IMG/VR virus record: IMGVR_UViG_3300029582_000367
Coordinates: 28,950 to 92,949 of that record
Reading direction: 5' to 3' (one strand)
Source of the DNA: a virus
Lineage: Duplodnaviria > Heunggongvirae > Uroviricota > Caudoviricetes
DNA length: 64,000 nucleotides
The position numbers were made by a program, and so were the translations under genes. Within the stretch, counting starts at the first letter, position 1. Every line of letters begins with the position of its first letter. Below, piece after piece: positions 1 through 9,180 of this stretch. The notes under the pieces are model-generated. The model was given only the letters and a program-made list of their open reading frames with translations, ran no database searches and was not told the origin of the DNA.

Positions 1-162
1 AGAAGTGACCTTGACGGGATACACGGCAATGGTGGATGCGCGGTAGAACTTGCCACGGGTGTTTCTGCGGACCTCATTCCAAATGGCATAGACGGTGTCG
101 CCAATGCCGACAGGAACTCCATCCGCAGTCAGAGGGATAGGCAGTCTGTTTTCGATACTCAT
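1..162 (-). CDS. hypothetical protein, N-terminal part only (gene runs off window start)
   Basis: ATG at 160-162 (minus) preceded by GAAAGGAGAAAAAGC RBS; open to position 1; directly downstream of promoter-leader module M1. Confidence 0.5.
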   Translation of the reverse strand, partial: MSIENRLPIPLTADGVPVGIGDTVYAIWNEVRRNTRGKFYRASTIAVYPVKVTS

Positions 163-180
163 GCTTTTTCTCCTTTCTTC

Positions 181-363
181 CCAGCCTGTTATAAGGACTT
201 ATGGGAACACAAATGTATGTAAATATATAAAAAAAGACAGCCATCCCAGAGTTGGGATAACTGTCTTGATTCTTTATGGTGACTTGAAAACGGAGATAAT
301 CTCCTTTATAAAAATAGCTTCGTAATTATAATTCTATACTACCACAGTTTGATATTTTGTCAA
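181..363 (-). promoter_or_regulatory. repeated promoter-leader module M1: sigma70-like promoter (-35 TTGACA 358-363, ext -10 TGgTAGTAT ~333-341 on minus) + conserved ~150-nt leader containing intrinsic terminator hairpin (234-267 + U-run) + conserved RBS
   Basis: near-identical copies at 44088-44274, 49437-49580, 55480-55664, 60636-60818; hairpin AAGACAGUUAUCCCA/UGGGAUGGCUGUCUU followed by UUUUUUU on minus strand. Confidence 0.7.
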
Positions 364-376
364 TTCTTTTTGCCGT

Positions 377-420
377 AAAAAAGAGGCCGCTGGTGGGAGG
401 GAACTCACCAACGGCCTCTG
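377..420. terminator. rho-independent terminator (GAGGCCG...CGGCCTC hairpin flanked by A/T runs) ending upstream operon
   Basis: 13-bp GC-rich stem with T-run on minus strand. Confidence 0.6.
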
Positions 421-474
421 TTCCTGCATCTGCAGGACGTCTCGGCTATATTATACAGCACCGTATGGGCGGCG

Positions 475-771
475 TCAATCGTCATATGGGCAGGATTTAC
501 GCCGACGCTCCTTTACGAGCTGCTGGAGCTTCTCAATGCGGCCAAGGCTCCGATATTGCTGCAACTCTGCTGCTTCGCCCCATGCAAGGCCCCTGTACCT
601 GAGTGCCGCTTGATAGCCGAGGTCGTAGGCATTCTCCTCAACTTCACTGAGGTCTTCAGGCGGGAGGCGCGTGTCCTCGTACTCCGCCAGTCGCCGCAAA
701 GCCTCCTCCACACTATGTCCCTCTGCCAGCTCCACGCTACCGTCTCTATGCCTCACCACGAGCTTTTCCAT
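475..771 (-). CDS. hypothetical protein
   Basis: ORF with GGAGGTG RBS before ATG at 771. Confidence 0.5.
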   Translation of the reverse strand: MEKLVVRHRDGSVELAEGHSVEEALRRLAEYEDTRLPPEDLSEVEENAYDLGYQAALRYRGLAWGEAAELQQYRSLGRIEKLQQLVKERRRKSCPYDD

Positions 772-1639
772 ATCCGCCGCACCTCCACAAGTTCTTAATC
801 TTACCTTCATCCTACCAAAACAGAGGAGGATGTCAACCGCCCAGCAGCTCCAAAATGAGGACAGGGAAGTGGTACAATTGAAAATTTACGCCTTCTACTT
901 TAATTGCAAAATTTTTTGCCAGAGGTATTGCAAGTCTGTTTTAATTGCGGGAAAGCCAATTAGGTAGAACCAATTATCATACCACATCACGCCGTCCAAA
1001 AGGTTTCATCAGTGAAACACCTGAAAATTTCAATCATATCATATCTCACATATCAAAACGTTGCGGGGTACGCAACTTTTTTTGCAAAATTTGAGCATAG
1101 CACATTCAAAGGGGTAGATGATTTCATCTGTGAAACTCATGTAAAAAAATAGAGCGAGCCGGAAATCGGCTCGCTCTACGAAATGGAGGGACACTGTGCC
1201 ATGGTTAAAAACACAGTATCTTACCCATAGGATACCACATCCAACTATGCACCGCAAGAGTAAAAAGCAAAGAAGCAGGCCGCAACTCCTGCTTCTTCGC
1301 CAAGGGAGAAAATCATGCAGAGACATTTGTGCCAATGCAGGACTTCTATGTTCATATGATAACATATGTGAGATTGTTGTGCAATACGGAAAACTGCGAT
1401 TTAACGCTCTATGAACAAATATGGGTGAACTACTCGGCAATGAATTACCGAGCTTCCTGATTCATTGACTACAGCTTGTAGAGTTGAACCAATGGTATCA
1501 GACCTACTTGTCTAACACAGTCTCCTCAGGCTTAAAATCGGGTGGTTCCCACCCTACTCAAGGATTCATAACCACAATAGAGAACCGGACGCGCTCATCT
1601 CGGCTTTGAAAAAACGAGTTTTCCCGCTTGGTTCTAATA

Positions 1640-1700
1640 AATTGTGCGAAAAGGCCGAAGGCCGGACTCTGAACAGGCAGAATCCGGCCAACGACCTATA
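1640..1700 (-). terminator. terminator downstream of 1721-2326 (GGCCGGATTCTGCC...GGCAGAATCCGGCC hairpin + T-run on minus)
   Basis: inverted repeat 1652-1690 followed by T-rich tract on minus strand. Confidence 0.5.
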
Positions 1701-1720
1701 AAAAAGAGAGGAATGAGCTG

Positions 1721-2326
1721 TTAATTTGCTTCGACGACACACACATTCTCAAGGTTCTCGACCTCATACGGAGTGTGCTCGGCATCATCGGAGACACAGA
1801 GCTTGAGCTGCGCCTCGACATACGCGAGGTGTTCATCATCTTCATCGAACAGGAATCCCTTATCTTCCTGAGCTCGCTCCAGATACGATTCTCGCATCAA
1901 AATCCAGTTTGCTTCGATGTCTTCAACACAAGCGGAAAGGTACTTGTCTGCGTTTTTCACCAGCAAGACACCAACCATGGCATCGTTCTTGTCCTTTACA
2001 ATAACAATCCCCGGACCGATTTTATCAGGTTCCACTTCATCTTCTACAGTCTTCCCGTTTTCGATGGCGCTGCACACTTTTTCGATAGCGATGGATGCTC
2101 TTTCAAACCGCTTTATCGCTTCCCATTCATCCAAAGGTACAGCACCAGAGAGCGCCTCTCTTGTGCCACAATCAGGGCAAATATATACCTCGTGATACCT
2201 ACTGAGACTGTTTTCGTTGATATCTGCCCTCATTTCGTCGCCGCAGCAAGGACATTCCATCTGATTGCCCTGCATCTGGAGCAAGTAAATATTACTCAGC
2301 ACTCGCTTTGCTTCCTCTTTGTTCAT
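1721..2326 (-). CDS. zinc-ribbon protein (CPCCG...CPDCG), paralog of next gene
   Basis: GAGGA RBS before ATG 2326; shares N-terminal motif EEAK(R/K)VLSNIY-LQ-Q--QM-CPCCG-MR----ENSLSRYHEV-IC-DCG with 2323-2601. Confidence 0.6.
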   Translation of the reverse strand: MNKEEAKRVLSNIYLLQMQGNQMECPCCGDEMRADINENSLSRYHEVYICPDCGTREALSGAVPLDEWEAIKRFERASIAIEKVCSAIENGKTVEDEVEPDKIGPGIVIVKDKNDAMVGVLLVKNADKYLSACVEDIEANWILMRESYLERAQEDKGFLFDEDDEHLAYVEAQLKLCVSDDAEHTPYEVENLENVCVVEAN

Positions 2327-2601
2327 GCTTTGTCCTCGCACTTTTCAATGGCCTTCTCGATAGCCTCGTGCGCCGTAGCGATGCCCTTAACAACAGCCCA
2401 GTCTTCAAGAGGCTTCGGACCGTTGAAGGCTTCATTCACGCCGCAGTCCGAGCAGATAAAAACCTCGTGATAGCGGCTCAGGCTATTCTCAATGCTGTTG
2501 GGACGCATTGCCCCACCGCAGCAAGGACAGCTCATCTGTTTGTCCTGAAGCTGAAGCTCATAGATGTTGCTCAATACTTTCTTCGCTTCTTCGTTTGTCA
2601 T
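2323..2601 (-). CDS. zinc-ribbon protein (paralog), 3' end overlaps start of previous gene
   Basis: GGAGGGG RBS; CxxC...CxxC motifs. Confidence 0.6.
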   Translation of the reverse strand: MTNEEAKKVLSNIYELQLQDKQMSCPCCGGAMRPNSIENSLSRYHEVFICSDCGVNEAFNGPKPLEDWAVVKGIATAHEAIEKAIEKCEDKA

Positions 2602-2685
2602 GGTTTTACCCCTCCATTTTCATTCTGTTTTTCGCCACTTCCTCTTTATCATCAAGGAACGCCTCGTAGTTTTCCAACATGATTC

Positions 2686-2960
2686 TCATAGCGGATATTC
2701 AACCTTTTTTGTGTTCCTTGTGCATAGCATGAAAGAATATACCATTCGCATTGGTAATTCTCAGGTACACACGCGAGGTCGATTCCTGCTTCGCAGACCG
2801 CGCCTCTCGCCGTGAGGCGGGAGGTCTTACCAGTCTCCACAGGCGTAACTTTCGGCTCATCCTGCCGTAGTAGGGTTTGCCGGTTACGCTGCGGTGCAGG
2901 TATCCTTTGCCTTTCTTAAAATATTGATTGCCGCATTGATGTCGCGGTCGTGGTGTGCGC
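2686..2960 (-). ncRNA. predicted omega-RNA (reRNA) of tnpB copy 1: 3' end of tnpB + right-end scaffold; guide expected just beyond ~2686
   Basis: conserved structured right end shared by both copies; by analogy with established TnpB omega-RNA architecture. Confidence 0.5.
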
Positions 2961-4002
2961 TGCATTGGGGGCAGGTCCATTCCCGAACCTTTTCATCTTT
3001 CACAGCGGCGTTCTTGTAGCCACAAGAGCTGCAGGTCTGGCTGCTGGGATAGAACCGGTCGATTTGTATGAACGTGCGTCCCGCCCACCGTGCCTTGTAC
3101 TCCAGCATCCGGAAAAACTCAGCCCAAGAGACATCAGCCACGGCCTTTGCTTTCTTGTGATTCTTGACCATCCCTTTGATGTTGAGGTCTTCCACTGCGA
3201 TGACTTGGTTCTCGTCAACGAGCTTCCGACTCAGCTTATGGGCATAGTCTCGACGCTGATTTACAACACGTTCGTGGATGGTTGCTATCTTGCGCCGCTG
3301 CTTCTCATAGTTGGAAGAACCCTTCCGCATACGAGACAGCTTGCGCTGTTCGCGGGCCAGTCGTTTCTCACTATGGATTAAGCAATGAGGGTTTTCGTAG
3401 ATGTTACCGTTATTATCGGCGGCAAATACATGAAGCCCAACGTCAATGCCGACCTCCGTGTTCAGCACCGGCAGCGGTTCAACCTCCTCTTTACAGAGAA
3501 CGGACGCCCAATACTTACCGGTGGCACTGCGGGACACTGTGATATTTACCGGAGCTCCGGTAACGGCACGTTTATCCTTACCGCGCTTTACCTTCCCAAT
3601 GGAGGGAATCTGGACAAACTTCTCGGTCACAATGACCGAGCCATCTGTGGTAAAGCTCTGCTTGGGATTCTTCCGTCCCTTGAATCTCGGATATCCCACC
3701 TTGCCTTTGCCCTTTTTGCAGCGACGGAAGAACCCGTCGTAGGCGTCACAGAGGTGCTGTACCGTAAAATCCAAGGCGTGCCGGTTACAGCTACCCAGCC
3801 AAGGCAGATATGCCTTCATCTCCGTCAGGAGTTTCTTCATACCGTAGTATGAGAGGCTTTCGCCACGGCGCCGGTATGCCTTGGACTTCCGCTCAAGGAA
3901 ATGGTTCCACACAAACCGGCAGCACCGGAAGGTGTTCTCAATCGCCGCTACCTGAGCTTCTGTGGGTTTGATGCACAGCTTGTAAGCCCTATAGATTTCC
4001 AA
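2884..4002 (-). CDS. tnpB: TnpB RNA-guided endonuclease (OrfB, RuvC-like + zinc finger CSSCGY...CPQCSAHHDRDINAAINI)
   Basis: 372 aa; C-terminal CxxC-CxxC zinc finger and DRDINAA RuvC-III-like motif typical of IS605 OrfB. Confidence 0.9.
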   Translation of the reverse strand: MEIYRAYKLCIKPTEAQVAAIENTFRCCRFVWNHFLERKSKAYRRRGESLSYYGMKKLLTEMKAYLPWLGSCNRHALDFTVQHLCDAYDGFFRRCKKGKGKVGYPRFKGRKNPKQSFTTDGSVIVTEKFVQIPSIGKVKRGKDKRAVTGAPVNITVSRSATGKYWASVLCKEEVEPLPVLNTEVGIDVGLHVFAADNNGNIYENPHCLIHSEKRLAREQRKLSRMRKGSSNYEKQRRKIATIHERVVNQRRDYAHKLSRKLVDENQVIAVEDLNIKGMVKNHKKAKAVADVSWAEFFRMLEYKARWAGRTFIQIDRFYPSSQTCSSCGYKNAAVKDEKVREWTCPQCSAHHDRDINAAINILRKAKDTCTAA

Positions 4003-4240
4003 CGCTCACACTCCTTTCTGTAGAATTATTCACTCTCCTTGCATAGACCCCACACTAAAGCTGGAATAGTCGCAGTGTCCCTCTATACGCCTTGTCTCTG
4101 AGGCAAGATTTTCAAAAAATCAACTCTCGCACGAGAGTTGTTTTTTTGCGTGCGTTTCCTGTGCTTTCCCGTGCGTTCTTGCGTGTGTTTTGCGTTAATC
4201 TTGCGGGGAACTTGCGTGGGAATGCGCGGTAGAACAGGCA

Positions 4241-4585
4241 TCAACCTCCGAAGAAGAACCGCCACATGGGATTTTCGTTCACATCCGGTTTGGAAGTGTC
4301 CGCAAACACCTTGGTGTAGTACGCAATGTGCTCATCCGAAAGCGAAGCAAAATCCTCACCCTGTGCGCCTACCACGAAGAACGGGCCGTAGAGAATATCA
4401 CCCGGTATCTTGCGGTTTGGCTCCATACCATTGAACTTTCCTTCCTCATTGCAGCAGAGGATAACGCCCGGTTCCATACCAACGACTTCGATGTCTCCGC
4501 CAACCTCTTCTTGGATGGCGTGCAGCTCATTTTCAATTTCCTTCACGTAGGGGGCTTTCGCAGGTTCCACTTTCAGAATCTTCAT
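4241..4585 (-). CDS. hypothetical protein
   Basis: ORF, minus-strand operon context. Confidence 0.5.
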   Translation of the reverse strand: MKILKVEPAKAPYVKEIENELHAIQEEVGGDIEVVGMEPGVILCCNEEGKFNGMEPNRKIPGDILYGPFFVVGAQGEDFASLSDEHIAYYTKVFADTSKPDVNENPMWRFFFGG

Positions 4586-4588
4586 AAC

Positions 4589-4822
4589 TCAGTCTCCTGT
4601 AATAGCGTACTTGAACTCCTCAAACTCTTCCTCTGTAGGGTCGAATGTAAAACCGGTCATATCCTCGTAGCGCTCCAGCGCATCCCACACGGCTTCATCC
4701 TTGGTCTCGACACCGTCGAACTTGCTGTGGTAAATGAGATTTGCCAATGCTTTAATTTTTGCTTTTGGTCCAACATAGTTCAAAGACTCAATAACTTCAT
4801 CGTAAAGCTCACGGTATGTCAT
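4589..4822 (-). CDS. hypothetical protein
   Basis: ORF. Confidence 0.45.
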   Translation of the reverse strand: MTYRELYDEVIESLNYVGPKAKIKALANLIYHSKFDGVETKDEAVWDALERYEDMTGFTFDPTEEEFEEFKYAITGD

Positions 4823-4930
4823 TCTGTAGTAACTCCTTATTCGTTATTTTTCGACGCATTCGCATCGCCAAATTCAATAACCTTACAAAAATCCTTCGCC
4901 GAAAGCCTACTCCGTGAGGGGTGGGAGGAG

Positions 4931-5182
4931 TCAATCTCCTTCGTCATTATTCGTCACATCTGTGCCGTCAAACTCAATAACCTTGCAGTCCCTCCATTCA
5001 CGCTTCCGCAGGCTGTCCTTCTGTTTCAGCGTCACAAACCATTCGGCATCCACGCGACTGCCGAACACGACAGGGGAGACGCCATCTTCCAGCGGCAGCC
5101 AGAAGTATTTTGCCTGCTCGTCGCCACGGCCAGCACAGAGGATTCTGCCTTTGCTATTCAAAATAGCAAACTTCTGCATCAT
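4931..5182 (-). CDS. hypothetical protein
   Basis: ORF, 4-nt overlap with upstream gene. Confidence 0.45.
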   Translation of the reverse strand: MMQKFAILNSKGRILCAGRGDEQAKYFWLPLEDGVSPVVFGSRVDAEWFVTLKQKDSLRKREWRDCKVIEFDGTDVTNNDEGD

Positions 5183-6489
5183 ACCAATTCCTCCTTCACA
5201 ACCATCCGCAGCGGCTCTTTCCAGAGCATCCGGCGTCCGGCCTGTTTGCGGCCATCTGCGCCGATGCCCAGTTCCTTGGCTCGCATCACAGTATCCCGCA
5301 ACCGGCCTTGGCCGATGTCGCTGGTAGCCTTTACGGGATAAAAGAGGTTCAGGAACACCTTCTCAAAGGATTCGTCCGAATACTCTTCATCGCCCAGCAC
5401 GGCCACGGCGTAGAAGAACATGACCAGTTTCTTGATAACAACAAATCTGTCGTCCGGACCAACATAGTCCATGCCGGCATAATAGCAGTCGTCACGCCCC
5501 GGCACATAGTAGCCAGCAAACTCGCCATTTAGGAATGCCAGCTTATAGACTACACATACATGGTCTTCCACAGGGACTTCCTTGAGCTGCAAGGTCATGA
5601 GCGACTTGGTGGGGTCATCGAAGGTCACTGTTACGCCATTAAGGGGCAAAGAAGCCTTCTTACCCTTTGCCAGCCGCTTGTCCAGCTCCTCCATGTCTAA
5701 ACGCATCACGAGGCCCTCAAGGGCGCCTCCGTCGTTGTAGGCGATGTTAGCAGGGAACAGACCGTAGGTAGACTCATCCATGTAGGGGAGAAGAGCGCAC
5801 CGCAGGTTCGTGAATACTCTCCGCCGCCTGAAAATGTCATTTACCGCATCGGGGATGTTGGCACAATCCGCAGGGACGATACCCCTTTTCACGAAGGGGG
5901 TGAGGTCAGGAGAGTCTTCATACATAGATAACAACACACACTGCCATTCTGCAACAGAAAAATACGCGAAAGGATTTTCTGCTGTGATAGGTTCACCATT
6001 GGATGTGACACCAATCACCACTTCGCCATCATCCGAAGAGTCTGGACGGAGATAATCCAGAGCGTGTAATACAAGGTCGGCATAGATACCTACAACCTCA
6101 GCTCTGACCGCATCCGTCTTTTCGCTTCGCCGCATTTCCTGCAGCTTGCTCGCCAACTGAAGAAGCGCGGCCACACCGCCTTTTTCGCTTCGCAGGCTCT
6201 CAACCATCTTTCCAAGATAACAATGTAGTTTTTTGGCGAAAAATGTCGGAGTGTCCTTCGCCAGCTCAACCAGTGCCTCAAAATCATTGAGGATGAACTC
6301 CATATCTTTGTCTGCACACACGAGATATGTGTGGATGGAAGCAGACCTGACAGCAGGGAACTCCAATCTATCTAAAATCTCTAAAATCAATAAATCCGTG
6401 GATGCCAAAATACCACATAATTCGACAGGCTGGTTTCGCAGCTCAGTATTCAGCATCCGGACAATTTCGTTCTTCTCGGTGTTCTCCAT
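5179..6489 (-). CDS. hypothetical protein (~436 aa)
   Basis: long ORF; start placed at MENTEKNEIV (RBS AAAGAGAGAG upstream). Confidence 0.55.
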   Translation of the reverse strand: MENTEKNEIVRMLNTELRNQPVELCGILASTDLLILEILDRLEFPAVRSASIHTYLVCADKDMEFILNDFEALVELAKDTPTFFAKKLHCYLGKMVESLRSEKGGVAALLQLASKLQEMRRSEKTDAVRAEVVGIYADLVLHALDYLRPDSSDDGEVVIGVTSNGEPITAENPFAYFSVAEWQCVLLSMYEDSPDLTPFVKRGIVPADCANIPDAVNDIFRRRRVFTNLRCALLPYMDESTYGLFPANIAYNDGGALEGLVMRLDMEELDKRLAKGKKASLPLNGVTVTFDDPTKSLMTLQLKEVPVEDHVCVVYKLAFLNGEFAGYYVPGRDDCYYAGMDYVGPDDRFVVIKKLVMFFYAVAVLGDEEYSDESFEKVFLNLFYPVKATSDIGQGRLRDTVMRAKELGIGADGRKQAGRRMLWKEPLRMVVKEELV

Positions 6490-6683
6490 TTCTTCACTCT
6501 CTCTTTCTTTTACAATTCCGAGTATAGCACAGCGCACATATGTACGCAAGAAGATAATTCACAAAGTTCTGGGCCGAAATAGCTTGCCAACAACAACCTG
6601 TTGTGGTATATTAGATGTAGCCGAAGTCTTTGTTGTGTTTAGGCTTCGCTGCTACTCCTTTCTTTTTTGATTGTCCTTGAGAT

Positions 6684-6795
6684 GCTTGCGGGGCCTCAAG
6701 GCAGAAGCCGGAACCCCTTTCTTGGTAGGTTCCGGCTTCTATCATTCCCATGGAAATAATTAAAAGCAGTTGTTGCATTATTTGCAACAACTGCT
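6684..6795. terminator. two consecutive strong hairpins (GAAGCCGGAACC...GGTTCCGGCTTC; AAAAGCAGTTGTTGCA...TGCAACAACTGCTTTTTT)
   Basis: perfect inverted repeats with A/T runs. Confidence 0.55.
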
Positions 6796-7466
6796 TTTTT
6801 CGTCTTGGGACAAACACCTCTCGTTCGAGAGTTGACAACGACATTAAGCGACGAAAAACGACACTACCATGGCGGTTGGTGAGAGGTCAATTTTGGGAGA
6901 GTTGCGCGATTTCACCCGTGAAATCCTTGAAACCCTTGCAAATACTGGTTTTTCAGAGCTCAACCAATCATTTTATACTTTTTGCCTGTCTATCGCCTTG
7001 CCTGTGAGGAAAGAATTTTGACGTAGCAATGGGACTCTTTGGTTCAAAGTTGGTTCCATGTTAGTGCCAAGTTGGTGCAAAGATGTGAGTGCATCAACAT
7101 CCTATCGTACCACGGTATTACCGCTACTGCATTGTCTCCAAGGCAAGGCCTGCTCCTACCAAACAACTCTTGAACGAGAGTTGACAGGGAAGCCTACACG
7201 GTGCCGTCTCAGGTGCGCGTGACACCCTCCCGCCGCACGAAGGCCCGTTCCTCTACCTGAACCTTCCAACCGCCCCAGCGCTCTCACAGGCCCGCCCAGA
7301 ACGGCTCCCAGCCACGAACCCGCCGTTCCGTGTAGAATCCACCCTCCGTAACCTGCCTTTTCGTGCAGCAACTGTGCTTCATCAAAATATTTCATGGAAA
7401 ACTCTTTCCAGATTCCGTTCTGTATGCCTCACCACGAGCTTTGCTAAGATTCTGAGAGAGGGGAGA

Positions 7467-7805
7467 GTGGATGCTGTGTGGTACTTAATCAACCCACGGA
7501 CAGGAACCGTGAGAACAGGGAATACCAAGACTGAGTTGGGTATTTGGTGGAACGACTGCCATCGAGCATATAAGGTTGGTGGTAAATGGGTATACATCGT
7601 CCGTCAGTCCGGCGGGCATACCAGCTACCTTTACCACGACCGCCAGCAGGCTTTTGATGATGGACTTGGCTTCGCCATCCAGCTCTCTGAATCTGGTGGT
7701 GAGCGCTGCGATATGAAGGCGTGTACTTACAACAAATATGGTTTTTGCAGCAAGAACCCGCCCGTGAAAGAGGATGCCGAATGCCATGAAATATCTCCAA
7801 TATGA
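7467..7805 (+). CDS. hypothetical Cys-rich protein (start uncertain, GTG)
   Basis: plus-strand ORF ending just before bidirectional terminator hairpin at 7812-7848; weak RBS. Confidence 0.35.
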   Translation: MDAVWYLINPRTGTVRTGNTKTELGIWWNDCHRAYKVGGKWVYIVRQSGGHTSYLYHDRQQAFDDGLGFAIQLSESGGERCDMKACTYNKYGFCSKNPPVKEDAECHEISPI

Positions 7806-7811
7806 AAACAA

Positions 7812-7848
7812 GAAGGCCACCCATGGCGGGTGTCCTTCTTGTTGTTAA
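7812..7848. terminator. bidirectional terminator hairpin (AACAAGAAGGCCACCC..GGGTGTCCTTCTTGTT)
   Basis: 14-bp perfect stem. Confidence 0.6.
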
Positions 7849-8492
7849 GTACGATTAAATGATGAATTTTCCAAAAGATTCTGGGCAAGCATATGCTTAA
7901 TAGACTCAGGGAACACTTTCGTTCCATCCTGAAATGTCACAGTATCATATTTACTTACTGCCGCGTCTTTGGAAAGAATAAAATCGACAAATTCTGCGTC
8001 GCGGCTGTTTTCAATAGCCTTATCCTTGACACGCAGAGTCCTCGGAACATAGCGGTCTTTAACGAGATTCCCATTTTTATCAGCAAACGCCTCTAAGCCA
8101 ATGGTAAAATCGAGATTGGTTACGCCAATTTTGTATGTCAGTGTTAATGTCTGAAAGTCTTTTACAACGCATACAAGACTATTGGTAAGGGAGGGAAGCA
8201 TAAGTAGGCAGAGTAATTTGTTTTTTGCACTGGTGAAAGAGTGCTGACTGTCAAAATAAAACTGTGCCGTTGTCAATTTAGAAGACCTTGCCATGTTATA
8301 AAAAGACTGTGCGTTCAAAATAGAGTTGACACCAGTTAAGTGCATGAATCGGTCTGTCTTAAAAACGACTTCAAAAAACTCGTTACCAAACACATATAAG
8401 AACATCTTGCCAGCAAGTCCGTTACTATATACATTAGAGGCCGTAATAATCTGGTTTCTTACAAGCGCTTTTTTGTTCGCTTTGTTTGCCAT
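7845..8492 (-). CDS. hypothetical protein in AT-rich (~38% GC) cargo segment
   Basis: GGAGAAGG RBS before ATG 8492; GC much lower than surroundings. Confidence 0.55.
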   Translation of the reverse strand: MANKANKKALVRNQIITASNVYSNGLAGKMFLYVFGNEFFEVVFKTDRFMHLTGVNSILNAQSFYNMARSSKLTTAQFYFDSQHSFTSAKNKLLCLLMLPSLTNSLVCVVKDFQTLTLTYKIGVTNLDFTIGLEAFADKNGNLVKDRYVPRTLRVKDKAIENSRDAEFVDFILSKDAAVSKYDTVTFQDGTKVFPESIKHMLAQNLLENSSFNRT

Positions 8493-8907
8493 AAACCTTC
8501 TCCATTCGACATATACGTCTAAAAAATAGGGAGGAGTGGGTTTCACTCCTCCCTTACTTTTTGGTTGAGAGTTTTCTGCTGGTTGTCAGCCGTGACATTC
8601 CTCAGCGGAACATCTATTGGCGCAAGTAATTTAAGTCCCTTGCGTGGACTACAACCGTTGCTGCTCGTTGCCAGCCACGACATCCAGTTAAGATGCCAAC
8701 AGTTATGGGTGTTTACCCTGTCCCATATCCAGCACAACTTTTTGCAGTGCTCTCACACTGAGAAGCATTACTACTTCCACACATAGTATATGCTTTTTTT
8801 CTGAAAATGTCAATCACTTTTCAAACTGTTTCAAAACTTAATTAAATCTGTTATCGCAATGAATTGCTACCCAAACAATAAAGTCTGTAATAGCCTACAT
8901 CAGCCTG

Positions 8908-9180
8908 TTGCTCGGATATTCAACCTTTTGTGTGTTCCTTGTGCATAGCATGAAAGAATATACCATTCGCATTGGCGATTCTCAGGTACACACGCGAGGC
9001 CGATTCCTGTTTCTCAGACCGTGCCTCTCACCGTGAGGTTCGAGGGCTTACCAGTCTCCACAGGCGTAACTTTCGGCTCATCCTGCCGTAGTAGGGTTTA
9101 CCGGTTACGCTGCGGTGCAGGTATCCTTTGCCTTTCTTAAAATATTGATTGCCGCGTTGATGTCGCGGTCGTGGTGTGCG
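8908..9180 (-). ncRNA. predicted omega-RNA of tnpB copy 2
   Basis: same conserved right-end scaffold as copy 1; flanks differ upstream of CGGATATT. Confidence 0.5.

Larger units (their letters stand above)
2686..4100 (-). mobile_element. IS200/IS605-family tnpB-only element (IS1341-like), copy 1
   Basis: ~93% nt identity to 8908-10312 across ORF plus conserved right end (from CGGATATTCAACC) and left end (CCTTGCATAGACCCCACAC...). Confidence 0.8.

Noticed and set aside
1039-1440. 133-aa minus ORF in the 960-1700 gap
   Set aside because: No RBS, implausible composition, lies in hairpin-rich non-coding region.
4117-4147. CAACTCTCG-ca-CGAGAGTTG palindrome as a repressor operator
   Set aside because: Flanked by an A-run and a T7 run, so more simply a bidirectional intrinsic terminator. 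The related copies at 6818 and 7170 lack T-runs and are left as unexplained motifs.
4328-5341. 337-aa plus-strand ORF, and similar long plus ORFs at 1775-2470, 12495-13175, 39844-40926, 42300-43283, 44328-45587, 54603-55433, 59409-60737
   Set aside because: All overlap minus-strand genes that have RBS-supported starts and terminator-defined operon structure. Treated as antisense artefacts of the GC-rich coding strand.
8565-8786. 73-aa plus ORF and 64-aa minus ORF between the AT-rich gene and tnpB copy 2
   Set aside because: No RBS, and the region is the expected guide/flank of the TnpB omega-RNA. Possible ncRNA, but nothing recognisable.
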